The notes below the pieces were generated by a model. The model was not told the origin of the DNA. It did not search any database and saw only the letters and a list, made by a program, of their open reading frames with translations. DNA of 64,000 nucleotides, taken from NCBI GenBank assembly GCA_965637545.1, contig OZ281501.1, positions 3,472,001 through 3,536,000 of the forward strand, read 5' to 3'. The position numbers and the translations under genes are program-made. Shown here piece after piece: positions 12,561-24,132 of this stretch (position 1 is the stretch's first letter; each line of letters begins with the position of its first letter). The DNA comes from Phallusia mammillata. Its lineage: Eukaryota.

Positions 12561-14627
12561 AATGTAACTTATTCAAGGATTTTGAAACCTACTACCGGTT
12601 TTGGTGATTTTCCGCACACGTATTGTTTATGATTTTTGCAATAAATCGAAAAATTAAACTAGGTTATGCCACTTTACAAATAGACAGGGTTCTGGACGCA
12701 GTATTAGAAAAAAATTTCAGAATTCCCAAGTTAGGGTTAAACCTAAGTTATAAGAACCGAAACTATTGCTAAAATCCTCGCGTTTTAGTTTTACCGTTCC
12801 GGTTTTCTATTTGTGTATAACTTTTCGATTTTATCTGTAAGGTAGCAATGCAGAAAAATACTAAAAGATTCCCTAATGAAAGTTACTTACGTTCATTTTT
12901 TACGGTAAAGAGAGGCATTGAACAGAATTTGTTAATTTGAAGAGAAATCGATTGGTTAGGGCCGTAAATCTTAACCAACAGTCGAAAAACACGATTTGAG
13001 TACATTTTTATCCTCAGTGCCAGTTATAAGGCTAGGTTAAGGTAGCATACCTGTTGGCCAATTTTAAGATTTTAATTTTGTTTTTACGTGCAATGGCGAT
13101 TTAAACCAAAAGTCTATACAATTGGGTGAAGGTTAATGGATTTTTTTAAAACCCCGTGTGTGAGGGAAACTCTTTTAAATCATACTTGAAATTAAGCACA
13201 CTTTTCTAACTCGAGTGGACCGTTTTAGAGGCATTTTGCAATCTGTCATGTTTTTTTTACTCTCAATCAGGGCAAACGATTCACGTAGTTGACTTAACAT
13301 GCAGGATATTGACGTGTTGCAAACAGATACATCCAAATGAATAGAATTTCATTAACGGTGGTTCAAAATTAAATGGTTTTAGCCTAAATTGAATTTAAAA
13401 CGGTCTACAATACCCCTTGCGAAACAATCCCTCAATGGTTTGCGATTTCGGGATAATAAGGAAAAGGTCGCAAGACATTTGGCTTGGAAACTCTGTGGAC
13501 AAAACGGTCGCATTTCTTTATTGTCGTTTATGCAGTGGAAAAGAGAAACACGTAACCTTATACCCAGCTGTGGGTATTCCACGGCAGGAAATTATTTACA
13601 TAGAGACAGACTGGCATTACCGATTTCATTGAAATACCGTTCAAGGCCCTTCTGAATGGCCTTTGCTATTTGAACAAAAATCCACGGAAAACCGTATTCG
13701 CCACATCTTTGTTGACAGGTTAAATCATATGTCCTTCCTTATAGTAACTCGAACCAACTCTTCAAGCGGAGAGATGACTTGATTTGCTACACTAGTCTAT
13801 TTGATAGACATATCTTTGACAGCTCTCTGGATTACATACCTCTGTGTGGTTTGAGCATGCTATTGATGATGTCTTAACAAACAGGAAGCATACATTTGAC
13901 AGGCTTATATTAGCGTACAAATTACTTGGAAAGGCCAAATTACGAAAAAGCGTTGTTTGCCTGTTCATAGCTTAAAGCGCTGAACCAATAATGCTTAACG
14001 ATAGGGCAGCCGACAGTTCAATTAGCTCAATTGTTCAACTGGGTGGTTAAGTTTTTTAAGGTTTGTTTTCGTTTTGTTTAATGTTGTTTTACTCAATGGT
14101 CGTCTGCATGTAATTGTTATTGTATTTGAAGGCCGTTCTCAAAAAGTCGCAAATCCATTTGAAACGTTTTGTAGAATATATTTGAAATATTTAGATACAT
14201 TTAGATATTGGCAAGTATCTTCTTACTAAAAGTGTGCTTCATCCGTTCTCAACAGGCTATTTTAAAATTGCTGCAATTGTTCTAAACTTAGAGAGACAAT
14301 GTTTACAAGTAGGGTGTTTTTGGCAGGTTTTTCTTGATGCATATTTAGCTTTCAAGACGTGCGTATAAACCACAATCGACAAACGAATGCGGTAATGCAA
14401 GAGGTTGTGTTTATAATGTGGTTTGAAGGATTTGCGTGCGAAATATCTAAAGGGATTTTTCACGTTTTGTTAGACAATTTAAATAGACTGGGCCCAACCA
14501 TACAGAGTCACAGTTTACGTTAAAATATCTTAGGCTAGGTCAGGCGCAATATAACCAAAGTTGAGGAACAAACGCTTTGAGTAAAGTTTCTTTACACTTT
14601 GCCAAATTGGTAAGAAACTTCGTAAGT

Positions 14628-15123
14628 CAGGGGTGTCCAACACGTGTCACGCGTGCTAAAAGTGGCACGCAGAGCATTTGAAAATGGCACGCAAGTTTTT
14701 GCACATTCAGATGGTAAACATTAGGATTTGTCAGGCAATTAATATTTTTCTATTGATTTTTTTTGGCCTTTATTCTAACTTCAGTAAAGATGATCAGTAT
14801 CAAGGTTACACAAATCCATTAATTAAATTGGTCGTTTTTAGACTCGATCAGTTTACTTTTAGGCGTTTGAAACTGTCGAATTCTTGTTCATTTCGGGCCT
14901 TTATGCTGTCGTATTATATTCCATGTTATGGATTCTGCGCTTTAATTACATGGCATGCTATAAATAGTTTCTGGAGTATCATAAACATGTTTACTCGCGT
15001 TTGACAACTTTTCTACCGTTAAGACGTTTAAGACATGGTTTGGAAAAAGTACCAAACGTTGGCACGCGAGTATATTTTAAAACCTAGATTGGCACGGCGG
15101 TGCTTTCGAGTTAGACACCCCCG
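14628..15123. mobile_element. hAT-type MITE, 496 bp (unit 1)
   Basis: TIR CAGGGGTGTCCAAC ... GTTAGACACCCCCG (2 mismatches). TSD TCGTAAGT / ATGTAAGT. Unit 3 has the empty site with a single ATGTAAGT (~30708-30715). Confidence 0.88.
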
Positions 15124-15947
15124 ATGTAAGTAATATTTTCAGTGATTGGTGTAATTCGACACAAAATACTTGTTTGCAAGTGAAAATAACAATAACTAGT
15201 GCTGTTAAGCGCAATTATGTTCTTATGTCTCACACCAGATACGTTTGCTATATACCGCTTTCGCGAATATTTAAAACGTAATTTGTGTAAAATTGCTGAC
15301 GGTTTGGGCTATTAAGGTTGGGATGAGGTTTTATAATAAAAATAACAATAAAATCAACCTTAAAACTTAGTTCCTATAACGTTAAATTTAGTTTTTAACC
15401 ATAACCTAGCCTCAATGTTAATTTAAATACCCGCGCTCTTTAGGCCATCTATCGGTATTTAGCAAACCTTTCTACTGTGAGTTATCGTGTTAGTAGCTCT
15501 ACCGTGTTTTACCCTTTGCTGCAAAATGATTTCTGTGGGCCATGTTTCATGTTTACCGTTTTGCGCAAATACGTTGGTCTTGTGGAATTTTGTTATTGAC
15601 CTTTTGTTGATTTTATTATGACGTATAGTTACGTAACACACCACTCATTTGTGTATCATAGATTTGCGCTCCCTACAAAATCGAACCAGTGGCAAATTGA
15701 ATATTACGAGTTATAAATATAACTTAAGAGTTTTTCGGTTTCAACGAAATGGTGTAAAAATGTTGGGCAAAGCCGAAAGTACGGACAATTCAAAACTATT
15801 CAACAAGCATCATCCCTTTCACACTTACATTAGCAATAAAAAGTGTTATGTGACTCAGAAGGGATGATTTGTTGAAATATTCGTAATAAGTCTACATAAC
15901 TATATCTATTATATCGTTATTGTTTATGCAAAAATAAATTTTTTCAG

Positions 15948-16044
15948 CTTCAGAGAGATTTTTTAACTGCTTAAGTATTTGCTTTGATTCGGACCAAGAA
16001 ACGAACGATTTTTTCAATCCGAGAAACGGAGGATTTATTCTCAG
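15948..16044 (+). other. Putative non-coding 5' UTR exon of GPCR copy 1 (equivalents ~23747-23843 and ~31184-31284)
   Basis: TTTTCAG acceptor and GTGAGC donor are retained in all three units, including the diverged unit 3. A second acceptor, TATTTTAG, lies immediately before the signal-peptide ATG. Confidence 0.4.
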
Positions 16045-16333
16045 GTGAGCTATTTTAAACACGACTGTGGTAGTATAGAACTATAATTCAATAGAAAAAA
16101 CATCACTTTGCCGTAACGCAATGTCTACTCTAGGAGTTTATATCATATATTAGTGTAAAAATGTGAAGTAAATCCTGCTCGCAAAATGTCACTTTAAGTA
16201 AAAACGAATACAAGACTATGTTTACCAGAAATACACACAGAGATGCGCCAAAGTTCTAATGGGATTCATTTAGATTGTTTTTGCTTGGTAATAACGGGTT
16301 AATAAATGCTTATTTGTTTGTTCTATTTTAGCA

Positions 16334-19300
16334 ATGAAGATGAATTGGAGTACACTCTTTCTTATCAGCTTATTGTTTGGGGTTCTAAACGCAGCAACAG
16401 AAACTTCATCTAAACTGACTGATCAGAAAGGTATTTGCGACTGTGTATGTGTAAAGTTGTTGTTGTTGTTTGAATTGTGGCTCGTTTTAGTAGGCGCTAA
16501 AATCTTGTCATCATAAATTAGGCTATATGGTTTTGGCTGAATAATTTGGCGCGCCTGACCCATATACAGACATACAAACTCGGTGTTAATTCTTTTGCAA
16601 TAAATTGTGTTAAAATGTTTACCTTTATCAATTGCCAAAATAAAGTCCCGAACGAAATTATGTTGCAGTTGATGCCCAAAAATAAGAACAATGTTAAAAT
16701 CGACCAAACTTTTAAAATATACGAGTGTATGTTGAAAATATATTCGTTAAATTTACCTCTAAAATTACATTAATTTTTCTTTTTTAGGTGATTTATGCAA
16801 CGGTCCATACGACATTATCACGTGCACTTGTCCAGATACCATGTTTAGCTGCGCATGCAGAGAAATTGGTAAATGCAAATGGGGATCTGGGTGCATCCCA
16901 ACAGTATGGCGATACGACAGCATCAATCACTGTGGCGAGTGGAGCGATGAAATAAACTGTCTCCCTGAGGACATCTTCTGCGCATGCGCAAACACCTCTG
17001 AAGGATGCGGTACGGGACGGAAGTGCTACACCAAAGATGAACGCTGCGATGGTAGAGCAGATTGTCATGATGGAAGTGACGAAATGAACTGCACTTGCAG
17101 CTCTGATCAGGTCCCTTGTGAAGGTTACGGTTACGTTGACTCAGTTGCAACACCGTGCATTCATTACACATATATAAACAACAATTACAACGATTGTGGA
17201 GATTGGGGAGACGAACCGAACCTAACTTGCCCAGAGGAGGATTTCAAATGCGATTGTTTTGGCAACGATGACTGTTATGAAGGGTGTGTGGCAAGCGACT
17301 CGAAATGCAATGGTATTCTAGACTGTAGTGACGAAAGTGATGAACGTAACTGCCCGTGTCCTGACAGTACGTTTCGATGTCCATGCGCAAATGCTCTAAC
17401 ATGCCCATTTTCGCCTTGCTATCCTGAAACTTGGCGTTGTAACGGAAGGGGAGACTGTGGTGATTGGAGTGATGAATTAAACTGCACTTGCAAGTCAGAG
17501 CAGTTTGCTTGTGATTGCTACGCCAACCCCGCGACTTGTACAACCAAGCAAGGTTGTATTAGTTTGTCTAAAAGGTGCGACGGTAATCCAGACTGCCAGG
17601 ATGGGGAGGATGAACTGAACTGTACGTGTGACATGTATCAATGCGCTTGTTTTGATAAAAAGTGTTATCCCAATGGATGCATTTCTGTAAATCAGGAGTG
17701 CAACGGCTTTAACGACTGTGGAGACTGGAGCGACGAAGTTAATTGCGACGATATGGCAAAAACTTTCCAGTGCTTGTCTTGCAAGGACAATTGTAGCATC
17801 GAAAATCACCAGCGCATAGAACAGTCACAAGTTTGCAATGGAAAAGCTGATTGTGCTGACGCTAGCGATGAAGCCATCTGCGACTGCAACAATGCTGCCA
17901 GTATTTTGCAATGTGATAACGGAGGTTGCATTCCTGATCGTTGGATTCAGGGAATACTCAATTACTGTAATCTTGGAGGTAACCCAGCTTGTAAAAGGAC
18001 AAACGCGTGGTGTGGCTCAGCTCCTATCTCGATTTGGGATTGCACAGGTCCTTTGGAATTGTTATCATCTATTAACGCAATGCGTATATATGGACATAAA
18101 TGTTCCAGTACAAATCCGGTTTGTGTTGAAAAATGGAGAATTGTCAGTAATCATAGCCAAGAATGTGATGGGCTTTTCCAGTGTGAAGACGGATCGTTTA
18201 TTAACAACCGCTTCTTTTGTGACGTCAACAATGACGTTGATGCTTCTTGTAATGACGACAGCGATGAACTTTGCGGTGGCTTCGGTTTTCAGTGTGCTGG
18301 TCCAAGCAGGAAGGCAGTTTGCATATTACCACAGGCCAATGTTTACGATTCTGAGGCTCAATGTTCTGACCGATCCGATCTTTGCTTCGAAAATGGCGAG
18401 TTTCGGTGTTTTCAATGCTTGGACAAAAAGTTGATTATCTCGCCCAAGCAAGTATGCGACGGTGTAGTCAATTGCTACGATATGTCCGACGAATGCTTAT
18501 GCGCAAACACAACAATCTGCGACGAACTAAGAGGATCATGCTCCCGCAATGAAATTCGCTGTAACGATAACTGTGTTGACATGGGAACAACGCTTTGTAA
18601 TTCATCAGTTGATTGCAGCGGTTTGAACACAAAGTACTGCAGTTGCCATCAAGGTGCAGGCGAAACCATGACATGCAACACTGGAAAGGATCTTAAAATA
18701 GCGCTAAAATGTGACGGGAACCCTGAATGTCTCTTATTTGAGGACGAATGTGAAGCATGTGCACAACCAGCCGCATTTTGTGACCATCCTTGCGTCAATG
18801 AAATCAGAGACATGTGGAAAAACCACCAACAGACAAGCGACGTACGGTTTTGTGACGGCTTGGTTGAGGAGATTTACGGCACCAAACATACTCGAGACTG
18901 TCCTCTTGCGGGGGAACAATTCTGTAACGCGTCTCGTTTTTACTGCATGCGTGCGGATCCTTTAAGCGTTAGTATAAGCATCAATGAAGTGTGCGACGGA
19001 AAAAATGACTGTGACGACGGTTCAGACGAGGAACAGTCACTGTGCAAGGAGTATGTAATGCTATGCGCTGATGGAGAGAAAAACATATCCAAATTACGCG
19101 AGTGCGATGGTGTGTTTGACTGTAAAGATCTTTCGGACGAATCTAAGCAACTCTGCAGCAAAAAACGTTTCGTTTGTGCTTCAGGCAACGTTTTCTCTAT
19201 CGAGATTTCTTTGCTGGAAGACGGAAAGCCGGACTGCGAAGATGGAAGTGACGAATGTGTTTCTCTCTTCTCAGACCGCTACGAAATGATTTCTTCTTCA

Positions 19301-20434
19301 CTATTTCGGGCGTGTTTCTGGATAATGGGGTTTACCGCCTTGCTCGGAAATGCGGCTGTATTCACATCTACAATCAATTTTCTGCTCACCACCAACGCCG
19401 TGCCCAACACCACAAAATGCGCAAACATGTTCATTTTAAACCTTTCTATCGCTGATTTCCTAATGGGGGTATATCTTATAAGCATTGTGTCTGTCGGTGT
19501 AACGTTTCAGGGTGAATATTGTGCTCATGACAAAGTATGGAGGTCAAGTCCTACCTGTTCCCGTTTAGGCGCATTAGCAATTGTCTCTTCTGAGGCATCC
19601 GCATTTACTATGACAGCAATGACCACATATCGATTTATTTCAGTTTACCAACCGTTTACAGCAAAACACATGGACTTTCGTAAAGTAACAGCATTGTCAA
19701 CAGTGACTGCTTGGGGGCTGGCTGGATTACTTGGAGCAGTGCCTCTTTTCAAATCCAAAATCGAGTATTTTCAATGGGACATTTGGTTTCCAAACTATTT
19801 CTTTGGTAAGCAAGTAGTGGAAGTTAAATCTATGATTGGTTTGGCAAAGAAAATCTCAAACTCAACATTGAGCAGCTGGGTAGAGTCAAAACATGTTATT
19901 TCTGAATCCTTTCCGGGTTCAATACGAGGCGAGTTTGGTTATTACGGAGAAACAAGCGTCTGTATGCCGCGCCTGTTTGCCACTTCGAATCAAGGGGCTT
20001 GGGAATATTCGACGTTTATCATCACAATTAACTTTGTTATGTTTCTTTACGTGTTCTTTGTTTACGCCTTCATTTACAAGGAAGGAAACAGAATGAGCCA
20101 ATACCGAAATTCAGATATTAGCGTGAAAATGCAAAAACGCATTTTTCGGCTCATACTGACAGATTTTTGTTGCTGGATTCCTATTTGCATCATGGGGTAT
20201 CTCAGTGTATTTGGTGTAGAAATGCCACCCGATGCTTATGTTGCTAGTGCATGTATTTTGCTACCAATTAACAGTGCAATTAATCCTATGTTGTACTCCA
20301 GAGTCATTGGACAAAGAATAGCGAAATCTAAGCGCTATTTAAGCCAAAAAACGTCTTACACACTGAACTACGTCAGGGGCAATAGCTCATCTAAAACACA
20401 ATCGTCGGTTAAAATTGAGCTTGAAACCCCTTAA
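16334..20434 (+). CDS. LDLa-repeat class A GPCR (LGR/RXFP-like 7TM, no LRR), copy 1, ~1247 aa
   Basis: Exon 16334-16430 encodes signal peptide MKMNWSTLFLISLLFGVLNA; phase-1 intron; exon 16788-20434. About 14 clear and up to ~18 LDLa-like modules (CDG..DC.D.SDE), then 7 TM helices with motifs LLGN, LNLSIADFLMGVYL, W..S..C, SSEAS, SVCMP, TDFCCWIP, LPINSAINP.LY. Confidence 0.93.
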
Positions 20435-20910
20435 AAGCAGATGGAAGTGTTGTAAGCACAATTAGTCCAAAACATCATAAAGCTAGGGCGACTAATGTAG
20501 TGTTTGCCTACTGTTGTTTTGGTGCTATGACTAGGTTTTTCTGCGTTTGTATGCATGTACAATTTTTCAGAAAAGTCTTCATTGACCACATACATTTTTT
20601 CAGCAAAGTTCGATTTGTTTGGTACTTTTTAACTAAGTTTAAAAATTTGCAACGTTTTTTTTGTACAAACTGTTTCCGTGGGTCATTTTATTCACATATG
20701 TGTAATTATTTCCTGAAGTTTTTGCGCAATGTATGCTGTAAAAATTCTGAATTCTGTATTTGTTGTGTACATTGTTTTCACAGTTATAAACCAAGCGTTT
20801 GTAATGAAACTGTAGTCTCTGAAACTTTAAAGGATAATTCGTGGTCTTTAAAACATTTTTCTAAACTATTGCAATTTTATCAGACATTAGACAAATTACT
20901 TTTCCGTAAA

Positions 20911-20916
20911 AATAAA
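20911..20916 (+). terminator. Candidate AATAAA poly(A) signal of GPCR copy 1 (equivalents 28697-28702 and 36579-36584)
   Basis: AATAAA ~480 nt after the stop codon, conserved in all three units. AT-rich background lowers confidence. Confidence 0.35.
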
Positions 20917-21181
20917 GTAGAGACATGAAAAACAAAACTATCGGAATTATATTTTTTTTTCCGTAACTATAAGCTTAGCTCATGACAACGGGAAATATAA
21001 GGGGATTTTTTGGCACGATTTTTAAAATCTGCTATTGTTATTTGTTTATCTTTTTTACTATAACGAAACAAACAATTTTCGGGGAAAACGCATGAAAGAC
21101 TATAGTATCAGTGTTGCATAACAACCCGTCTTCACATTTAAACACTAGAGGAATTTAGTGGACTGGATTTAATCAGTTAAC

Positions 21182-21512
21182 ATGGAAAACACACATAAGG
21201 TATTTATTTCTCAAATTTTATGTTTGCAAATTAAATTATTTAATATTTCAAGCCAGAACTAAAGGGGTAATGATAGTGCAAGTTTATTAATCTCCGTTAT
21301 ACTAAACACCTTAAAACTTTTATCATATTATTATTTAAGGCATGTGGAGTACTAAAAATCTAAAAAAACTAAAATGTAATTTTTTTTGAAAATAAGCATC
21401 ATTTAAACATTTCTTGTTGATTATATGTTGTCAAAGTAAAATGACTGTTTTAATCTTTGATTAGCTGTCCCTTGATGTTGATCTAAATGAGGATTTGCTT
21501 GATTACGGTTGA
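21182..21512 (+). pseudogene. Truncated 5' duplicate of MAD2L1BP (exon 1 plus the start of exon 2), unit 1
   Basis: ATGGAAAACACACATAAG|GT at 21182-21199, acceptor GATTAG at 21464, then LSLDVDLNEDLLDYG* running across the array junction. Confidence 0.85.
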
Positions 21513-22426
21513 AATTGAGTTCACTTTTCTAACTCGAATAAACCGCTATTGAGGCATTTTGCAATATGTCATGTTTTGACTTGATTTGCTACACTAGTCT
21601 ATTTGATAGACATATCTTTGACAGCTCTTTGGATTACAGACCTCTGTGTTGTTTGAGCATGCTGTTGATGATGTCTTAACAAACAGGAAGCATACATTTG
21701 ACAGGCTTATATTAGCGCACAAATTACTTGGAAAGGCCAAATTACGAAAAAGCGTTGTTTGCCTGTTGATAGCTTAAAGCGCTAAACCAATAATGCTTAC
21801 CGATAGGGCAGCCGACAGTTCAATTAGCATAATTGTTCAACTGGGTGGTTAAGTTTTTTAAGGTTTGTTTTCGTTTTGTTTAATGTTGTTTTACTCAATG
21901 GTCGTCTGCATGTTGTTATTGTATTTGAAGGCCGTTTTCAAAAAGTCGCAAATCCGTTTGAAACGTTTTGTAGAATATATTTGAAATGTTTAGATACATT
22001 TAGATATTGGCAAGTATCTTCTTACTAAAAGTGTGCTTCATCCGTTCTCAACAGGCTATTTTAAAATTGTTGCAATTGTTCTAAACTTAGAGAGACAATG
22101 TTTACAAATAGGGTGTTTTTGGCAGGTTTTTCTTGATGCATATTTAGCTTTCAAGACGTGCGTATAAACCACAATCGACAAACGAATGCGGTAATGCAAA
22201 AGGTTGTGTTTATAATGTGGTTTGAAGGATTTGCGTGCAAAATATCTAAAGGGATTTTTCACGTTTTGTTAGACAATTTAAATAGACTGGGCCCAACCAT
22301 ACAGAGTCACAGTTTACGTTAAAATATCTTAGGCTAGGTCAGGCGCAATATAACCAAAGTTGAGGAACAAACGCTTTGAGTAAAGTTTCTTTACACTTTG
22401 CCAAATTGGTAAGAAACTTCGTAAGT

Positions 22427-22922
22427 CAGGGGTGTCCAACACGTGTCACGCGTGCCAAAAGTGGCACGCAGAGCATTTGAAAATGGCACGCAAGTTTTTG
22501 CACATTCAGATGGTAAACATTAGGATTTGTCAGGCAATTAATATTTTTCTATTGATTTTTTTTGGTCTTTATTCTAACTTCAGTAAAGATGATCAGTATC
22601 AAGGTTACACAAATCCATTAATTAAATTGGTCGTTTTTAGACTCGATCAGTTTACTTTTAGGCGTTTGAAACTGTCGAATTCTTGATCATTTCGGGCCTT
22701 TATGCTGTCGTATTATATTCCATGTTATGGATTCTGCGCTTTAATTACATGGCATGCTATAAATAGTTTCTGGAGTATCATAAACATGTTTACTCGCGTT
22801 TGACAACTTTTCTACCGTTAAGACGTTTAAGACATGGTTTGGAAAAAGTACCAAACGTTGGCACGCGAGTATATTTTAAAACCTAGATTGGCACGGCGGT
22901 GCTTTCGAGTTAGACACCCCCG
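22427..22922. mobile_element. hAT-type MITE, 496 bp (unit 2; duplicated copy of 14628-15123)
   Basis: Same TIRs, TSD and position as in unit 1. Confidence 0.88.
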
Positions 22923-24132
22923 ATGTAAGTAATATTTTCAGTGATTGGTGTAATTCGACACAAAATACTTGTTTGCAAGTGAAAATAACAATAACTAGTG
23001 CTGTTAAGCGCAATTATGTTCTTATGTCTCACACCAGATACGTTTGCTATATACCGCTTTCGCGAATATTTAAAACGTAATTTGTGTAAAAATGATGACG
23101 GTTTGGGCTATTAGGGTTGGGATGAGGTTTTATAATAAAAATAACAATAAAATCAACCTTAAAACTTAGTTCCTATAACGTTAAATTTAGTTTTTAACCA
23201 TAACCTAGCCTCAATGTTAATTTAAATACCCGCGCTCTTTAGGCCATCTATCGGTATTTAGCAAACCTTTCTACTGTGAGTTATCGTGTTAGTAGCTCTA
23301 CCGTGTTTTACCCTTTGCTGCAAAATGATTTCTGTGGGCCATGTTTCATGTTTACCGTTTTGCGCAAATACGTTGGTCTTGTGGAATTTTGTTATTGACC
23401 TTTTGTTGATTTTATTATGACGTACAGTTACGTAACACACCACTCATTTGTGTATCATAGATTTGCGCTTCCTACAAAATCGAACCAGTGGCAAATTGAA
23501 TATTACGAGTTATAAATATAACTTAAGAGTTTTTCGGTTTCAACGAAATGGTGTAAAAATGTTGGGCAAAGCCGAAAGTACGGACAATTCAAAACTATTC
23601 AACAAGCATCATCCCTTTCACACTTACATTAGCAATAAAAAGTGTTATGTGACTCAGAAGGGATGATTTGTTGAAATATTCGTAATAAGTCTACATAACT
23701 ATATCTATTATATCGTTATTGTTTATGCAAAAATAACTTTTTTCAGCTTCAGAGAGATTTTTTAACTGCTTAAGTATTTGCTTTGATTCGGACCAAGAAA
23801 CGAACGATTTTTTCAATCCGAGAAACAGAGGATTTATTCTCAGGTGAGCTATTTTAAACACGACTGTGGTAGTATAGAACTATAATTCAATAGAAAAAAC
23901 ATCACTTTGCCGTAACGCAATGTCTACTCTAGGAGTTTATATCATATATTAGTGTAAAAATGTGAAGTAAATCCTGCTCGCAAAATGTCACTTTAAGTAA
24001 AAACGAATACAAGACTATGTTTACCAGAAATACACACAGAGATGCGCCAAAGTTCTAATGGGATTCATTTAGATTGTTTTTGCTTGGTAATAACGGGTTA
24101 ATAAATGCTTATTTGTTTGTTCTATTTTAGCA

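Noticed and set aside
8600-13185. Short ORFs in the RGS3-GPCR intergenic region (e.g. 10656-10997, 11158-11493)
   Set aside because: AT-rich, no recognisable domains and no phase-consistent exon chain.
13379-15867. Short ORFs in the array's 5' flank (e.g. 13389-13655, 14257-14463, 14678-15004)
   Set aside because: They are disrupted or altered between units (for example the premature stop at ~22686, and absence or deletion in other units). One lies inside a MITE.
17838-18434. 198-aa alternative-frame ORF nested in the GPCR, repeated at 25637-26233 and 33510-34106
   Set aside because: Conservation is explained by the duplication. Cys/Asp-rich codons leave a shifted frame low in stops, and no domain is recognisable.
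16793-19485. Numerous 60-104-aa antisense ORFs over the GPCR CDS, repeated in each unit
   Set aside because: Shadows of the real CDS with no independent coding signal.
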